A stretch of DNA of 64,000 bases, taken from NCBI GenBank assembly GCA_945888435.1, contig CAMCZW010000005.1, positions 3,114-67,113 of the forward strand, written 5' to 3'. Both the position numbers and the translations under genes were made by a program. The notes below the pieces were generated by a model that searched no databases, was not told the DNA's origin, and saw only the letters and a program-made list of their open reading frames with translations. How positions within the stretch are numbered: the first letter of the stretch is position 1; each line of letters starts with the position of its first letter. Below, piece by piece: positions 30,730 through 41,888 of this stretch. The DNA comes from a bacterium UBP8_UBA817. GTDB taxonomy: Bacteria > Margulisbacteria > Marinamargulisbacteria > SXXA01 > SICP01.

Positions 30730-32441
30730 AATAACTGACCTAAACTAAAGTGGAGAATGGTATCTGTTTCTCCTCTCGCTAAATCAAAGCGCAGAGGTCC
30801 GATTGGAGTAAAGAAACGGATACCAACTCCGTACCCTGTATGCAAATCATTCAACGAAAGATCGTAACCCGTTTCAAATATCTTTCCTGCATCTAAAAAG
30901 AAAACGAGTTGTTTCTTTTCAGAAATATCTCTTCTTAATTCAAAATTCCATAATATTTCCCTAAATCCAATAAATGCCCGATTGGTTCTGTACCCTCTTA
31001 AGGTATTCGGTCCGCCGATTTCATAGACCTCCTGCTCAAATGTTTTCTCAATATCATCATTATCTGGCCGGAATACGCCCGTGTACATCCTTGCGGCTGC
31101 TACCAGCTTGTCAGATAAAGGGGTAAAGCCGGCAATGCTTGCCTGCCCTCTCGTAAAGGCCAATGCGCCGGTCTTAATGAGACCCATGTCCATTCCCTTT
31201 TCAAGGCTGAGTGACCAATAAACCCCTTTTCTTGGATTAAATTGACTATCTAGTTTGTAATAATTAACAGCCTGACCTAAGGACTGTACTGAATAGGGCG
31301 AAAGATCAATTAAGTCCACGTCTTTATTTTCTACTTTTTCTAATTTAAATGTAGAGGTGGTGTAACATTGGTTTTGAATCAGCGGAAGCGTAAATGCAAG
31401 TGATCCACCATAGCGCTTAAGATCATACAAATTATCATCTTCACTATTTGAAACGCGCTCTCGCTCTTCTCTAAGCCAGCCCTCCACCGAAAAATCAACT
31501 GGCTTTTTGAAGATTTTCCACGGCTGGGTATACCGGACTGCGTGGTTTTTAACGCTAATTTCTCCCCTTTCTAGATTAAGTTGAACAGTCCCTGATAACC
31601 CATCCCCATGCATGATAAGATGATTCATGTTACCCCTGAAAAAGGACACCAGCGTATCATCCCTAATATCCAGTTCAATCCCTGTGTCAAATCGATTTGC
31701 TTTTTTTTCCGTGACCTGGAATGTGACGATTACAGATGTTCGACTTCCATTTTCTTGTAATAAAGGTGCTGATACATCTCTAAAATATCCTGTTTGGATA
31801 ATCGTATCTCTGTCATTTCTTAATTGATATGAATTAAATACTGACTTTGGCTTACAGCTCATTTTACGATTAATTAATTTTGGATTAATAATATCGAGAC
31901 CTTCCCATCTGATGTCCTCAATTTTTCCTTCACTCATTTTAATAACCAGCACATCCCCATTCATTTCGGCGGATATTACTCGAAACAAGTCATACCCTTT
32001 CGTATGGTAATAATCTGTAATTTTTTGGATATCTTCTTTAAGATATTTGGTATTTAGTTTTCTCCTCTTTTTATTTTTCATTTGTCTCATTAACTCTCGA
32101 TCGCTGAAAACGGTGTTTCCATTTAATTTAATATTTTTAATTTGAGGATATGACACACATTCAAAAAATAATTTTAATCCATTTTCAGTCGTTACTGTTT
32201 TAGGAATCACTCGTTCAAACTCTCCAGTTACAATTAATTTATTAATATCTTTACTTAAGTCTTCATCTTTAAGGCGATATCCTAGTTTTGAATCTAGGAT
32301 AATGGCGATATTTTTTGTAATCCCTTTTTCATCAACAAAAGTGATGGAATTAATTGTGTGATCAAAGCGAATGCTGGCATAGGCTGATACTGCCCAAAGT
32401 ATCAATACCATCATTATTATTTTTAAATATTTAAAATTCAT
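30726..32441 (-). CDS. Omp85 family outer membrane protein (BamA/TamA-like)
   Basis: Signal peptide, POTRA motifs (GNTVFSDREL, YYHTKGY, TGYF), IGGPNTLRGY, GYGVGIRFFTPIGPLRFDLA, terminal FSLGQLF. Confidence 0.93.
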   Translation of the reverse strand: MNFKYLKIIMMVLILWAVSAYASIRFDHTINSITFVDEKGITKNIAIILDSKLGYRLKDEDLSKDINKLIVTGEFERVIPKTVTTENGLKLFFECVSYPQIKNIKLNGNTVFSDRELMRQMKNKKRRKLNTKYLKEDIQKITDYYHTKGYDLFRVISAEMNGDVLVIKMSEGKIEDIRWEGLDIINPKLINRKMSCKPKSVFNSYQLRNDRDTIIQTGYFRDVSAPLLQENGSRTSVIVTFQVTEKKANRFDTGIELDIRDDTLVSFFRGNMNHLIMHGDGLSGTVQLNLERGEISVKNHAVRYTQPWKIFKKPVDFSVEGWLREERERVSNSEDDNLYDLKRYGGSLAFTLPLIQNQCYTTSTFKLEKVENKDVDLIDLSPYSVQSLGQAVNYYKLDSQFNPRKGVYWSLSLEKGMDMGLIKTGALAFTRGQASIAGFTPLSDKLVAAARMYTGVFRPDNDDIEKTFEQEVYEIGGPNTLRGYRTNRAFIGFREILWNFELRRDISEKKQLVFFLDAGKIFETGYDLSLNDLHTGYGVGIRFFTPIGPLRFDLARGETDTILHFSLGQLF

Positions 32442-35400
32442 AGGTGTAATTTAAAGAAAATCTTTGCCGTGCCGTACGCTGATTATCTTCTTGTCGATTT
32501 GCAAATGAGACTGAAAATTGTTTAAGTAGTAAATATTGCAGTTCAACCTCTGATAGCAATATAGATCGGTCACGGCTCTGGCGATTTTGATTTAAATCGG
32601 TTCTGGCTCTCAAATATAATTTATTATCAATTAATTCATGCGCCAAACTAATCCCAAAATCATTTTGGCTCGTTGTTAAATTATCATTACTTCTAATGAC
32701 CGCTCTTCCAAAGTTATAATTAACCCTAAAATCATATAATCCCACATTTTCGATAATTTCTCTTTCAAATGGTCTTAAAAATTGACGTCTAACTAACTGA
32801 TTAATTTGGTTTTCTCCAAATACATTGATTAATCTTTGGGTTTGATTTGTATTTGATGGACTTTCCCCTCTCTTATCAAAGGCTAATTCTGGCGCGACGA
32901 TCTGTACTAACTCATAGCTATTTCGATCTTGTTTATTGCCATCATTATTGCTAGTTAATGGGTATTTTTTTTGAAAAATAATCGTGCTCGACCTTGGATT
33001 GCTATCGGTCATCGTAAAATGATTAAGTTCAATATTTTCAATCTGGAATACAGATCCGTTGAATGTAATCAGTAATGCCCCATATGGGTTGTCTTCTGAG
33101 ATTTGATTATTTTCGGTCGCAATTTTCAGCGGCTCGATCAAGCTCATCGCAGTCAGATGAACAATGGGTGTCAGCGACTTAATTCCGTTGATCCCAACCT
33201 CAGATTTAAATGAAACATCATTTTCTAGTACTTTATATTTTTCATTTTTAAAGAAGAGCTCCTGGTCTGGTGGCGTAATTAGCTCAAAGCTACGGTTAAA
33301 TAAGGTAATCACACCTGCTTTTAGATAGATTTTATTTTTAATTTCAGGTTCAAAAGTAGTCCCTTTAATTAGCAAGGGTGTTTTATGTTCACCTAATTCA
33401 AAATCAATTGTATTGGCAAAATCAGAAAGTAAGTTTTTGCCTAATAGACCGCCAACAATATGCATGTCTTTCCCGACTTCTACACTAATATCCAAGTTCC
33501 AGTTATTAGCCGATTCTGTCTTTTTTGATGGTTCGATTAACACTTCTCCATCTGAAATTTTGAAATCTGCTGAAATCTTGGCAACATCGCTTGTTTTTTT
33601 CCATACAGGTGTCATTTGCAATTCATTTTGTGCTTGAGATATTGGAAGATTGTATGGGCCCTTAATTTCTAATTGATTTAAAATTATTTTTCCTTGAAAT
33701 TTAGAAGGGACTTTTGCATAAAGAGTTGTGGGTTCCGCTTTAATATTAAGTTCAATCTTCGCATTTTTTGGTCTTCTTAAATTTAATTCACTTAATTTAA
33801 TATCCCCATTCAGACTTAATTTATTCCATTTTTTTCCAGAATTATATCTAGGCCATTCGATTTTCAGAGGAGACAATGTAATGCTATTTGGTGTAGAAAC
33901 CTTATCCTCAATATTCATTACAACTGGGATAGTCTTTTTTTGGCTTCCCCTAATCCTAAATTCAGCATTTTCTAATTTAATATGCTTTGGAAGTATTATT
34001 GGATGATCTAAGGTTCCGACCATTTTCACTTCTAATTCCCCGTTATTCTTAATTTTCTTAATTTGAGGAATAAATAATGTGACTGCATCGATATTATTTT
34101 TATTTAATGTAAGGGTTAGATTGATTGGGCTTTCAGTCTGAGCGGGGTCCCAATAGGCACTCAGCGGAAAATTACCTTTAATAGGAGTATCGATTTTATT
34201 TTGATTCATTTGGATTTCAGAGCGATCAATCCATATTACACCATCTCCATCAAACCGTCCGCCCACGCCTATCCCTTCGTAAGGATTGGCCCCAAATGTG
34301 CCGCTGATTGAGGATAGCTGGTAGGCCGTCCCCTTATCACTACTGGTCATATTGATTGCGATTTCTGCGGCCTTTATTGGGCCCCGTTTAAATTCTTTTA
34401 TTAGGAGTTGGGCATCTATTTTAGGGAGTTTTTCTTGAGATTGGATCGTAACCCATCCGGTTAACTTACCTGCGATGCGTGACCATCTTGTGACAACACC
34501 TTCAAGAAACGCGTCTCTTTCTTTTTCATTTTCCACCAAAAAACTGATACTGTCATTGCTGTATCCATATAGTTTCATATTGGCGGTTGAGGTGAGAAGG
34601 TTGGGGTCTTTCTTTTCAAATTGTTCTGAGGATTTCACTTTATTACTAGCACTCCCCTCCCATTCATTTAACGTTTTATTACTTCTAGTTAAAAAATATT
34701 CGACTTCATATTTGGCTTGTTCTACCAATTCGGAAATCACACTTAAATCTGCGTCTGGAAATTTCACATTTAATTTATATTTTCTATTTTCTATATTACT
34801 AATTTTGCCAATTTCTGGCAGTACAGCGCTACCTTCAATAGTAATAATGGTATCCCTATTTTTAAATTGAAAATCTTGTAATCTAATTGTAGATTTATTG
34901 TAGTTTAGTTCACCTATTATTTGATCAACCTCTAAAAAACGACCCTTTAAATCGGTTATGTCAAAATTTACCGTGGCGCTATTTTCTTTTTGATGACTTA
35001 TTAACTTTCCATCAATATTAATTTTTCCGTTAATGACTCCAAGTGGACCCAATATCGACCCAAAATCTTTTAAGTGGACCTCTGTGCCTTCTTTAATTTC
35101 AATGCTTCTATTTTGAGTAGACCACTCTAAGTCAAAAAATGCTTTTGAGCCTCCCTGCATTAAAACGACGTCACTGACTCGCAATATATCTCCACTCCAA
35201 TCGATATTGGCATTGAGAGTGGTGATCGCTTGCCCCTTTATTACACTTTGTCTTGCAAAAACATTTCCGCTAACTTGATACTTTTTCAGCCCTTTGGTTG
35301 ATTTATCTATTTTGGAAACGGTCAAGATACTGGATAACTTTCCAGCAATCGGATACAGCATCTTTGGAATCATTTTCCCTAGTTTTGGAATTGTTTCAAT

Positions 35401-37569
35401 GGGGATATCTTTGATGGCGATGTTGAGGTGATCAAGGTCTGTTTTATACAATTTTCCTGAGATATCAATGGTAGTGAGATCGTTATTAGCGTGAAGTGTT
35501 TCAAGAGTGATCCAAGGACCATTTATTCTTGCTTTTAGCTCTACATCATTATAAAGCGCGCCATAAAAAGCAATTTTTTTCCCGGTCCCATTGAGTGTGA
35601 TGTTAATTTTATCTTCTTGAAAATTTTCGCCTGCTTGGGGAAATTGAACACGGATATCTGCGTTGAGGGATACGCCGCCCGAATTAGTATTTTCAGACTC
35701 TGGATCGATGTCCCTAATATAGATATCCTCACCGCTTACTTTAAGCTGGAGGAGTTTATTTTTGTCAATCATTCCTATTGCTCTAATTGCATTGGACTTC
35801 CCATTTAATCCTACTGTTAACCAATTGCAGTAAATATTACCACTTGCGATTTCTATCTGGGCATTTAGATTATTAATCTGATTACGAAATAAAACAGATT
35901 GATTTGGAGTTGCTAAAATAGACACCGTAAAATTAGATAAATCACCCTCTATTTTTGTTTTAAAGTTTAGTTTTCCTGTCAGGATTGGATTTGCGCTATT
36001 TTGTAATTGAGGCAGGTCAATATCTGTCCCTGTAAATGAAAAATTTAAATTGCCTGATGGAGAATTTAATTCAATGCTTCCACCACCTTTAATTTCTCCA
36101 CCATAGATTTCGCTATGAGGAGTATCAATTTCCAAAATGCCTTTTTTTAATCGAACATTGGTGATGATATTGGTCGGTTTCATATTATAAATCGTCGCCT
36201 TATTTGTGACGGTCATGACTTTTAATTCTGGGGAGGATAGATCTCCATTGATCGCAATTTGTGATTGACTTTCTCCTGATATATTTACTTTTTCAAGTGG
36301 TGCAATAATTTTTCTTAAATTTGCGAGGTCATATGGTTTGGTTTTAATCGATACCGCGATTTTGGGTTGCCCGAGTTGAATATACCCGCTTCCATCCATG
36401 GGGATATTTGCAATTTCGCCTTTAATCTTTGTAAAGAGAATATAAGTAAGTGGGCTCTCTAAGAAAGGGATTGTTTTTTTAATAAGTGGCGTTTGATTGG
36501 TGATGTCGGAGCCTCTTACTTGCTTCAAGAGGACTCCATCTTTATTGATTAGTCCGATTTTAATCCATTGTTTCCAAACGGTATCGGCTTGTTTTTCGGA
36601 CAATCCATTGTCTACTAAAATATTACTTATGACGGACTTCGGCATATTTCCTTGAATAATACGAATTTGGCTGTCCAAATCTTTTATTTCTTCTTGGATA
36701 AATGGGAGTTTTAGGGTGGCATTTTCTGTTTTTAAGTTAACATCGTACCAAACCGGAATTTCTTTTGGGGATTTTGTCGGTTTACTTCTGATTACAGCTT
36801 CGATTATGGCCTTATCACCGGAGAGCTTATACCCATTAAATGGTAATAAATAGGATCCCCATTGATCTAATTTTAGGATGGCACTGAGGGACCCCATATA
36901 ATTTCCGGTTTTAATATTTGCAATTCCATGAATTTCTGTTGATTTTGGGTCTTTTGGATTAGGATGAAAGGCAATTTCGGCCTGATTTTTATTTTTAATT
37001 ATTAATACGCCATCTTTAAATCGAAATTGCTCCTTAAATGGTATTTCTAAGGTTTTTTCTCCCCACCCTAGTTCATCTAGATAATCAATATTAATATTTT
37101 TAAAATTAATTTTTCCAGGTAATAATGGCGGTTCGCTCGCAGGGGTTTTAGCGATGTATATCTTACTTAGGTTCCATTCTCCTTTTTTATTTCGACTAAT
37201 ATTAATTGTCACGTTTTCAATATCGATTTCGCTAAGTATGTCGATTGGTGACGACTTTGGAAATAATAATTTGATGGGATTATATTTAAATGTCACCTGC
37301 CCAATTTCAATTGCGGGTTTATTTTGAAAATTGGGAGGATTATTAATTTGGATGTCGCCCACTTTGATTCGAGACAATAAGTCACCGCTCACCGCACTCA
37401 CCATTGTCCCTGGAGGAAGTGATTTTGATAATTCGTTATTAATAATCTCTTTAAAAAATTTATGGGGGATTCCGCTACTAATAAATGCAGCGGTTCCTAC
37501 CCCAATACTGATACTACTGATCAGGGCCCATTTTGCTACCCCTTTTCCAAAAGCAACTACTCTTTTCAA
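32431..37569 (-). CDS. TamB/AsmA-like bridge protein
   Basis: 1712 aa, N-terminal TM, RNKKGEWNL AsmA-like segment, repeated amphipathic beta strands (GDLSSP, GTLDHP), terminal LNYTYEF; overlaps the Omp85 gene. Confidence 0.8.
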   Translation of the reverse strand: MKRVVAFGKGVAKWALISSISIGVGTAAFISSGIPHKFFKEIINNELSKSLPPGTMVSAVSGDLLSRIKVGDIQINNPPNFQNKPAIEIGQVTFKYNPIKLLFPKSSPIDILSEIDIENVTINISRNKKGEWNLSKIYIAKTPASEPPLLPGKINFKNINIDYLDELGWGEKTLEIPFKEQFRFKDGVLIIKNKNQAEIAFHPNPKDPKSTEIHGIANIKTGNYMGSLSAILKLDQWGSYLLPFNGYKLSGDKAIIEAVIRSKPTKSPKEIPVWYDVNLKTENATLKLPFIQEEIKDLDSQIRIIQGNMPKSVISNILVDNGLSEKQADTVWKQWIKIGLINKDGVLLKQVRGSDITNQTPLIKKTIPFLESPLTYILFTKIKGEIANIPMDGSGYIQLGQPKIAVSIKTKPYDLANLRKIIAPLEKVNISGESQSQIAINGDLSSPELKVMTVTNKATIYNMKPTNIITNVRLKKGILEIDTPHSEIYGGEIKGGGSIELNSPSGNLNFSFTGTDIDLPQLQNSANPILTGKLNFKTKIEGDLSNFTVSILATPNQSVLFRNQINNLNAQIEIASGNIYCNWLTVGLNGKSNAIRAIGMIDKNKLLQLKVSGEDIYIRDIDPESENTNSGGVSLNADIRVQFPQAGENFQEDKINITLNGTGKKIAFYGALYNDVELKARINGPWITLETLHANNDLTTIDISGKLYKTDLDHLNIAIKDIPIETIPKLGKMIPKMLYPIAGKLSSILTVSKIDKSTKGLKKYQVSGNVFARQSVIKGQAITTLNANIDWSGDILRVSDVVLMQGGSKAFFDLEWSTQNRSIEIKEGTEVHLKDFGSILGPLGVINGKINIDGKLISHQKENSATVNFDITDLKGRFLEVDQIIGELNYNKSTIRLQDFQFKNRDTIITIEGSAVLPEIGKISNIENRKYKLNVKFPDADLSVISELVEQAKYEVEYFLTRSNKTLNEWEGSASNKVKSSEQFEKKDPNLLTSTANMKLYGYSNDSISFLVENEKERDAFLEGVVTRWSRIAGKLTGWVTIQSQEKLPKIDAQLLIKEFKRGPIKAAEIAINMTSSDKGTAYQLSSISGTFGANPYEGIGVGGRFDGDGVIWIDRSEIQMNQNKIDTPIKGNFPLSAYWDPAQTESPINLTLTLNKNNIDAVTLFIPQIKKIKNNGELEVKMVGTLDHPIILPKHIKLENAEFRIRGSQKKTIPVVMNIEDKVSTPNSITLSPLKIEWPRYNSGKKWNKLSLNGDIKLSELNLRRPKNAKIELNIKAEPTTLYAKVPSKFQGKIILNQLEIKGPYNLPISQAQNELQMTPVWKKTSDVAKISADFKISDGEVLIEPSKKTESANNWNLDISVEVGKDMHIVGGLLGKNLLSDFANTIDFELGEHKTPLLIKGTTFEPEIKNKIYLKAGVITLFNRSFELITPPDQELFFKNEKYKVLENDVSFKSEVGINGIKSLTPIVHLTAMSLIEPLKIATENNQISEDNPYGALLITFNGSVFQIENIELNHFTMTDSNPRSSTIIFQKKYPLTSNNDGNKQDRNSYELVQIVAPELAFDKRGESPSNTNQTQRLINVFGENQINQLVRRQFLRPFEREIIENVGLYDFRVNYNFGRAVIRSNDNLTTSQNDFGISLAHELIDNKLYLRARTDLNQNRQSRDRSILLSEVELQYLLLKQFSVSFANRQEDNQRTARQRFSLNYTYEF

Positions 37570-37573
37570 GGGG

Positions 37574-38635
37574 TTATTTTATATACTGTTTTAATATATC
37601 TAATACAGCCTGCTTATTACTGTCTACTTTAATTGGAGAATTTGACACTGCAATTGCCCGATCAGGATCTTTTAATCCATTGCCAGTCAGGACGGATACA
37701 ATGACTTGATCAGATGTAAACTCAGTCGTTTTAAGCATTTTTTTAACACCGGCAATTGATGCTGCAGAAGCTGGCTCACAAAATACACCATCTAATCTTG
37801 CTAATTTGATTTGTGCTTCTGTAATTTCGTCATCTGTAACTAAGTCAATGATGCCATTGGACTCGGCTTGTGCGGCAACAGCTCCTGTCCAACTGGCAGG
37901 ATTACCGATGCGGATTGCGGTCGCAATGGTTTCTGGGTTTTCAATGGGATAGCCTCTGACAATCGGTGCAGACCCTTCGGCTTGGAAGCCCATCATTTTT
38001 GGTTTTTTTGTGGATTTTTTGAGATCAAAATATTCTTTGTACCCTTTCCAGTAAGCTGTAATATTCCCTGCATTCCCGACTGGAATAAAGTGATAATCAG
38101 GGGCATCGCCTAAGGCGTCTACAATTTCAAATGCACCAGTTTTTTGCCCTTCGATTCGGTAAGGATTAACTGAGTTTACAAGGGTAATAGGGGATTCTTT
38201 ACAAATTTCGATGACCATTTTTAATGCATCATCAAAATTACCTTCGATTTGAAGAACGATTGCTCCGTACATCATAGCTTGAGCCAGCTTCCCTAATGCA
38301 ATCTTTCCTTCGGGTATAATGACGCAGCAAGTCATCCCCGCTTTGGCGGCATATGCAGCGGCTGCGGCAGAAGTATTTCCTGTCGAGGCACACATGACCA
38401 TTTTTGCGCCGGCTTCTTTGGCCTTGCTGATGGCCATCGTCATGCCGCGATCTTTAAACGATCCGGTGGGATTTAGCCCTTCGTATTTCACATACCATTT
38501 TGCTTTAATTCCCCATTCTTTTGCGAGATTATCAATAGGGATTAACGGGGTATTACCCTCATTTAATGACACAATTGGGGTTGTTTCAGTGACAGGCAAA
38601 AAGTCTTTATAGTGATGGATTAATCCTTTCCACAT
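37574..38635 (-). CDS. thrC: Threonine synthase
   Basis: [48 protein letters not shown]. Confidence 0.97.
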   Translation of the reverse strand: MWKGLIHHYKDFLPVTETTPIVSLNEGNTPLIPIDNLAKEWGIKAKWYVKYEGLNPTGSFKDRGMTMAISKAKEAGAKMVMCASTGNTSAAAAAYAAKAGMTCCVIIPEGKIALGKLAQAMMYGAIVLQIEGNFDDALKMVIEICKESPITLVNSVNPYRIEGQKTGAFEIVDALGDAPDYHFIPVGNAGNITAYWKGYKEYFDLKKSTKKPKMMGFQAEGSAPIVRGYPIENPETIATAIRIGNPASWTGAVAAQAESNGIIDLVTDDEITEAQIKLARLDGVFCEPASAASIAGVKKMLKTTEFTSDQVIVSVLTGNGLKDPDRAIAVSNSPIKVDSNKQAVLDILKQYIK

Positions 38636-38698
38636 ATAGTTACTCCAAAATTTTGCAGGATATCGTTGTTGCGCGAGGCGAGACGATTATATCATAAG

Positions 38699-39181
38699 CT
38701 ACTCAGATAATCCTGTATCATATTCATTAAAAAAATGATGGCTTATTTGAACTAAAATCTTTTGAAATGGTCGCGCGCAAGCTGAATTATTCATGAGTTG
38801 TGGATGGAAATATGAAATCAATACAAGAAAGGGGATGCTAATTAAAAGTCCCTTTGCAGTCCCTAATACAAACCCTGCCATTTGATTTACTGTCCCAATA
38901 ATGGGTACGCTTAAAATCTTTGTGGCTATTTTCCCAATCGCAGTCATAACCATTATTACTGTACCCCAAATGAGGAAAAAGACGACAAAACTTCCGACCG
39001 TCAGATTTATTGCAAATTTTGTAAATAGATATTCAGCAACTGAAGGGGCATAAATAATTGCTAAAAAGGCTCCGCCAATAAATCCGGCGAGTTCAGTTAC
39101 GATTTCAATCAGCCCTGATTTATACCCATCGCGGCCACCCATAATAATACAAATTAAAATAAAGATATCTAGTAGGTTCAT
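38699..39181 (-). CDS. cvpA: CvpA family membrane protein
   Basis: MNLLDIFIL...GYKSGLI, VNQMAGFVLG..KG. Confidence 0.85.
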   Translation of the reverse strand: MNLLDIFILICIIMGGRDGYKSGLIEIVTELAGFIGGAFLAIIYAPSVAEYLFTKFAINLTVGSFVVFFLIWGTVIMVMTAIGKIATKILSVPIIGTVNQMAGFVLGTAKGLLISIPFLVLISYFHPQLMNNSACARPFQKILVQISHHFFNEYDTGLSE

Positions 39182-39194
39182 GCCTTTTTCGCTC

Positions 39195-40352
39195 TTACCT
39201 TTTCAGATCCAGGACTAACTCTCTTATCCTAACTATGGCTTCGTTAAGCTCGCTTTCCTCGGTCGCATAACAGGCCCGTATAAAGCCCTCTCCTGATGCG
39301 CCAAACGCAGTACCAGGGATGACCGCTACCTTTTTTTCTCTTAATAATTTTAATGCAAATTCCTGAGAAGTTAGTCCCGTGCTTGAAATATTAGTAAATG
39401 CATAAAACGCGCCCTCTGGGATTTGAGTGAACAGTCCGATTTTATTCATTCCATCAACATATAAATCTCGTCGTCGTTGGTAGGATTCTTTCATTTTTTT
39501 AATTTCTTTTTCAGGACTTCTTAATGCTTCTATTGCCGCGATTTGCGCAATGATGGGTGCGCATAGGGCGCTGTACTGATGAATTTTTAATGCCCTTTTG
39601 ACGATTTCTTCCGGACCGCATAGATAGCCTAGCCGCCAACCAGTCATTGCAAATGCCTTTGAAAATCCACTGAGTAAAATAGTGTGGTCTTTCATGCCTT
39701 TAATGGACGCCATGCTGGTATACGGGACATAGGAAATCTCAGCATAAATTTCGTCCGAGAGTACCCATAAATCATGTTTAATCGCTAATTTCGCAATTTC
39801 TTCGAGTACAGATGCGGGGATGACAGCTCCTGTTGGATTGTTTGGAGAACAAATGACAATGGCTTTTGTTTTTGAAGTTATTTTTTCAGCAATTTTTTGA
39901 GGGTCTGGAATTAAGTGGGTCTGATGTGTCTCAACAGAGACCGATGTGGCCCCGCATAACTGGATTAACGGTGGATAGCATACATATCCTGGCTCAGGAA
40001 CAATTACTTCGTCGCCAGGGTTCAATATGGCCCTTAGCGCGATATCCACACCTTCAGAAACCCCTGAGGTAAGAATAATTTCGGTATCTGCGCTGTAGGT
40101 GGCATGAAAGCGTTTTTCGAGATATTTTGAGATTGCTTGCCGACATTCTTTTAAACCGGCATTGGATGTATAGGAAGTATTTCCTTTTTCGATTGCAGAG
40201 ATGGCCTTCTCTCTGATGGACCATGGGGTAGGAAAATCAGGTTCCCCTACCCCTAGTGAAATAATATCTTCTGCACCAATGACCAATTCGAAAAATGCGC
40301 GAATCCCAGATGGCGGAATCGTTTCTAATCGGTCAGAAAAGCCGGGGCTCAT
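39195..40352 (-). CDS. Class I/II PLP aminotransferase (YugH/AlaT-like)
   Basis: IPPSGIRAFF, SLGVGEPDF, SPNNPTG, DEIY, GFSKAFAMTGWRLG. Confidence 0.93.
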   Translation of the reverse strand: MSPGFSDRLETIPPSGIRAFFELVIGAEDIISLGVGEPDFPTPWSIREKAISAIEKGNTSYTSNAGLKECRQAISKYLEKRFHATYSADTEIILTSGVSEGVDIALRAILNPGDEVIVPEPGYVCYPPLIQLCGATSVSVETHQTHLIPDPQKIAEKITSKTKAIVICSPNNPTGAVIPASVLEEIAKLAIKHDLWVLSDEIYAEISYVPYTSMASIKGMKDHTILLSGFSKAFAMTGWRLGYLCGPEEIVKRALKIHQYSALCAPIIAQIAAIEALRSPEKEIKKMKESYQRRRDLYVDGMNKIGLFTQIPEGAFYAFTNISSTGLTSQEFALKLLREKKVAVIPGTAFGASGEGFIRACYATEESELNEAIVRIRELVLDLKR

Positions 40353-40675
40353 AGAGATACGGCTAGCCTTTCTAACTCATCGTCTGATGTCAGTAATTTT
40401 CCATTCTCCTTATACTTTTTGAGTACAAAGTGAGTAATGGTGCTTTGCACATGCTCAATTGGGGCCAATTTATCGGAGACGAAGTTTGATATTTCTTCTA
40501 AAGTTTCGCCTTCAACGCTGATGAGTAAGTCATAGACACCCGACATCAAATAGACATTTTGGACTTGATGATGCTTGGCAATTCGCTGGGCCATCATGTG
40601 ATAGCCTCTCGCTTTTTGAGGGCGAACCTTTACTTCGATAAGCGCATGTAAGACTGACTTTGGTGCTTTTGGCAT
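40349..40675 (-). CDS. Lrp/AsnC ligand-binding domain protein lacking the HTH
   Basis: ALIEVKVRPQ, VYLMSGVYDL, STITHFVLKKYKENG match the YugG-type Lrp C-domain; ATG 40675 after an AAGGA SD. Confidence 0.85.
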   Translation of the reverse strand: MPKAPKSVLHALIEVKVRPQKARGYHMMAQRIAKHHQVQNVYLMSGVYDLLISVEGETLEEISNFVSDKLAPIEHVQSTITHFVLKKYKENGKLLTSDDELERLAVSL

Positions 40676-40688
40676 TGTCTTTTCCTTT

Positions 40689-41816
40689 TTATGCGATGGA
40701 GACACTTAGGGTTTCAGGTCCTAAGTAAGTTGTTAATGCCGTACAGCCTTCTTCAAGATAGATTTGTGTATTTGGGCAAATCTTTTTGATTCGGTTACTG
40801 ACTTCAACGGCTTCTCCATAGAGATAATTATAGGTCAGCATAATATATTTTGCGTATTTTCCACGTGCAATATATTCCTGCTCGACGTGATTTAATAAAA
40901 TATCAAATGCCTCTTCTTGTGTTTTGACACAATCGATAATATCAATTTCACCATTGTTTTTTAATGTAAAAATGGGTTTGAATTGATATAGCTTTTCCAT
41001 CAATTTTGGTTGTTGATACCCTTCTGACACTTCATCTTTAGTGTGTTGAGCAAGATATCGTAATTCATTCACCATTGTTGTGTAGTAAATTAAAGGAATT
41101 TGTTTGGCAATAAATACTTCAAGTTGCTGCCCAGATTCACCCTTATGTAAGGCTTCGGCGACTTGAATAACAAATAAACCTAACCCTGCACCGGTTGTTT
41201 TAGAGTCAATTGAAATTACATCTAATTGATCTGCAAGCTGTTCAGCCGCCGCTTGAGCATTTTGAAAGGTGTCTGATAGAGAGTTAGACAAGTGAATTGA
41301 ATAAATCTTTCTAATGCCTAACTTTTTTAGAGCAAGATATTTTTCTTTAAATTCTTCAACTGTAGGTGGCGTGGTTTTAAGTTCGGCCTTGCCCTTGTCA
41401 ATTTTTTTCCAAAAATCAGCTTCGGATATTTTTCCATCGTCATCTAATACTTTTCCGTTGACGGTGAGCTTAATTGGGATGACATGGATATTGAGATTTT
41501 TGGATAAGTCTTTTGGAAATACAGCTGTGCTGTCAGTTAATACAGCAACATGATAATTTTGAGCGGCACTCTCTTGACCAAAAAGTCGTTCCTTGATGAC
41601 ATCTAAAGGTAAAAACTCCTCTTTTTGCATACGACGTACTTTTTTAATGATCTCTAAATCTTCATCATCAAATAATCTAACATTTCCCTCGCTGCGTTTT
41701 ACGTGCGGTAGTAAACCCATTTGATCGTAATATCGAATCGTCCGAGGTGTAATCCCTAAACGTTTTGTTAAATAGCCAATTTTATATAGTTTTCTCTCAG
41801 GCTTGTTGACTGCCAT
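40689..41816 (-). CDS. MerR-HTH / DegV (fatty-acid-binding) fusion protein
   Basis: YKIGYLTKRLGITPRTIRYYDQMGLL (MerR), then VLTDSTA, TTPPT, SIHLSNSLSDT, IDSKTTGAG and YLGP (DegV). Confidence 0.88.
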   Translation of the reverse strand: MAVNKPERKLYKIGYLTKRLGITPRTIRYYDQMGLLPHVKRSEGNVRLFDDEDLEIIKKVRRMQKEEFLPLDVIKERLFGQESAAQNYHVAVLTDSTAVFPKDLSKNLNIHVIPIKLTVNGKVLDDDGKISEADFWKKIDKGKAELKTTPPTVEEFKEKYLALKKLGIRKIYSIHLSNSLSDTFQNAQAAAEQLADQLDVISIDSKTTGAGLGLFVIQVAEALHKGESGQQLEVFIAKQIPLIYYTTMVNELRYLAQHTKDEVSEGYQQPKLMEKLYQFKPIFTLKNNGEIDIIDCVKTQEEAFDILLNHVEQEYIARGKYAKYIMLTYNYLYGEAVEVSNRIKKICPNTQIYLEEGCTALTTYLGPETLSVSIA

Positions 41817-41888
41817 GGACCTAACTCCCTTTTATTTAACGTTTTACGTCAGAATTTATCAAAAAATGCACTCTGAATCAAGGTTTAC

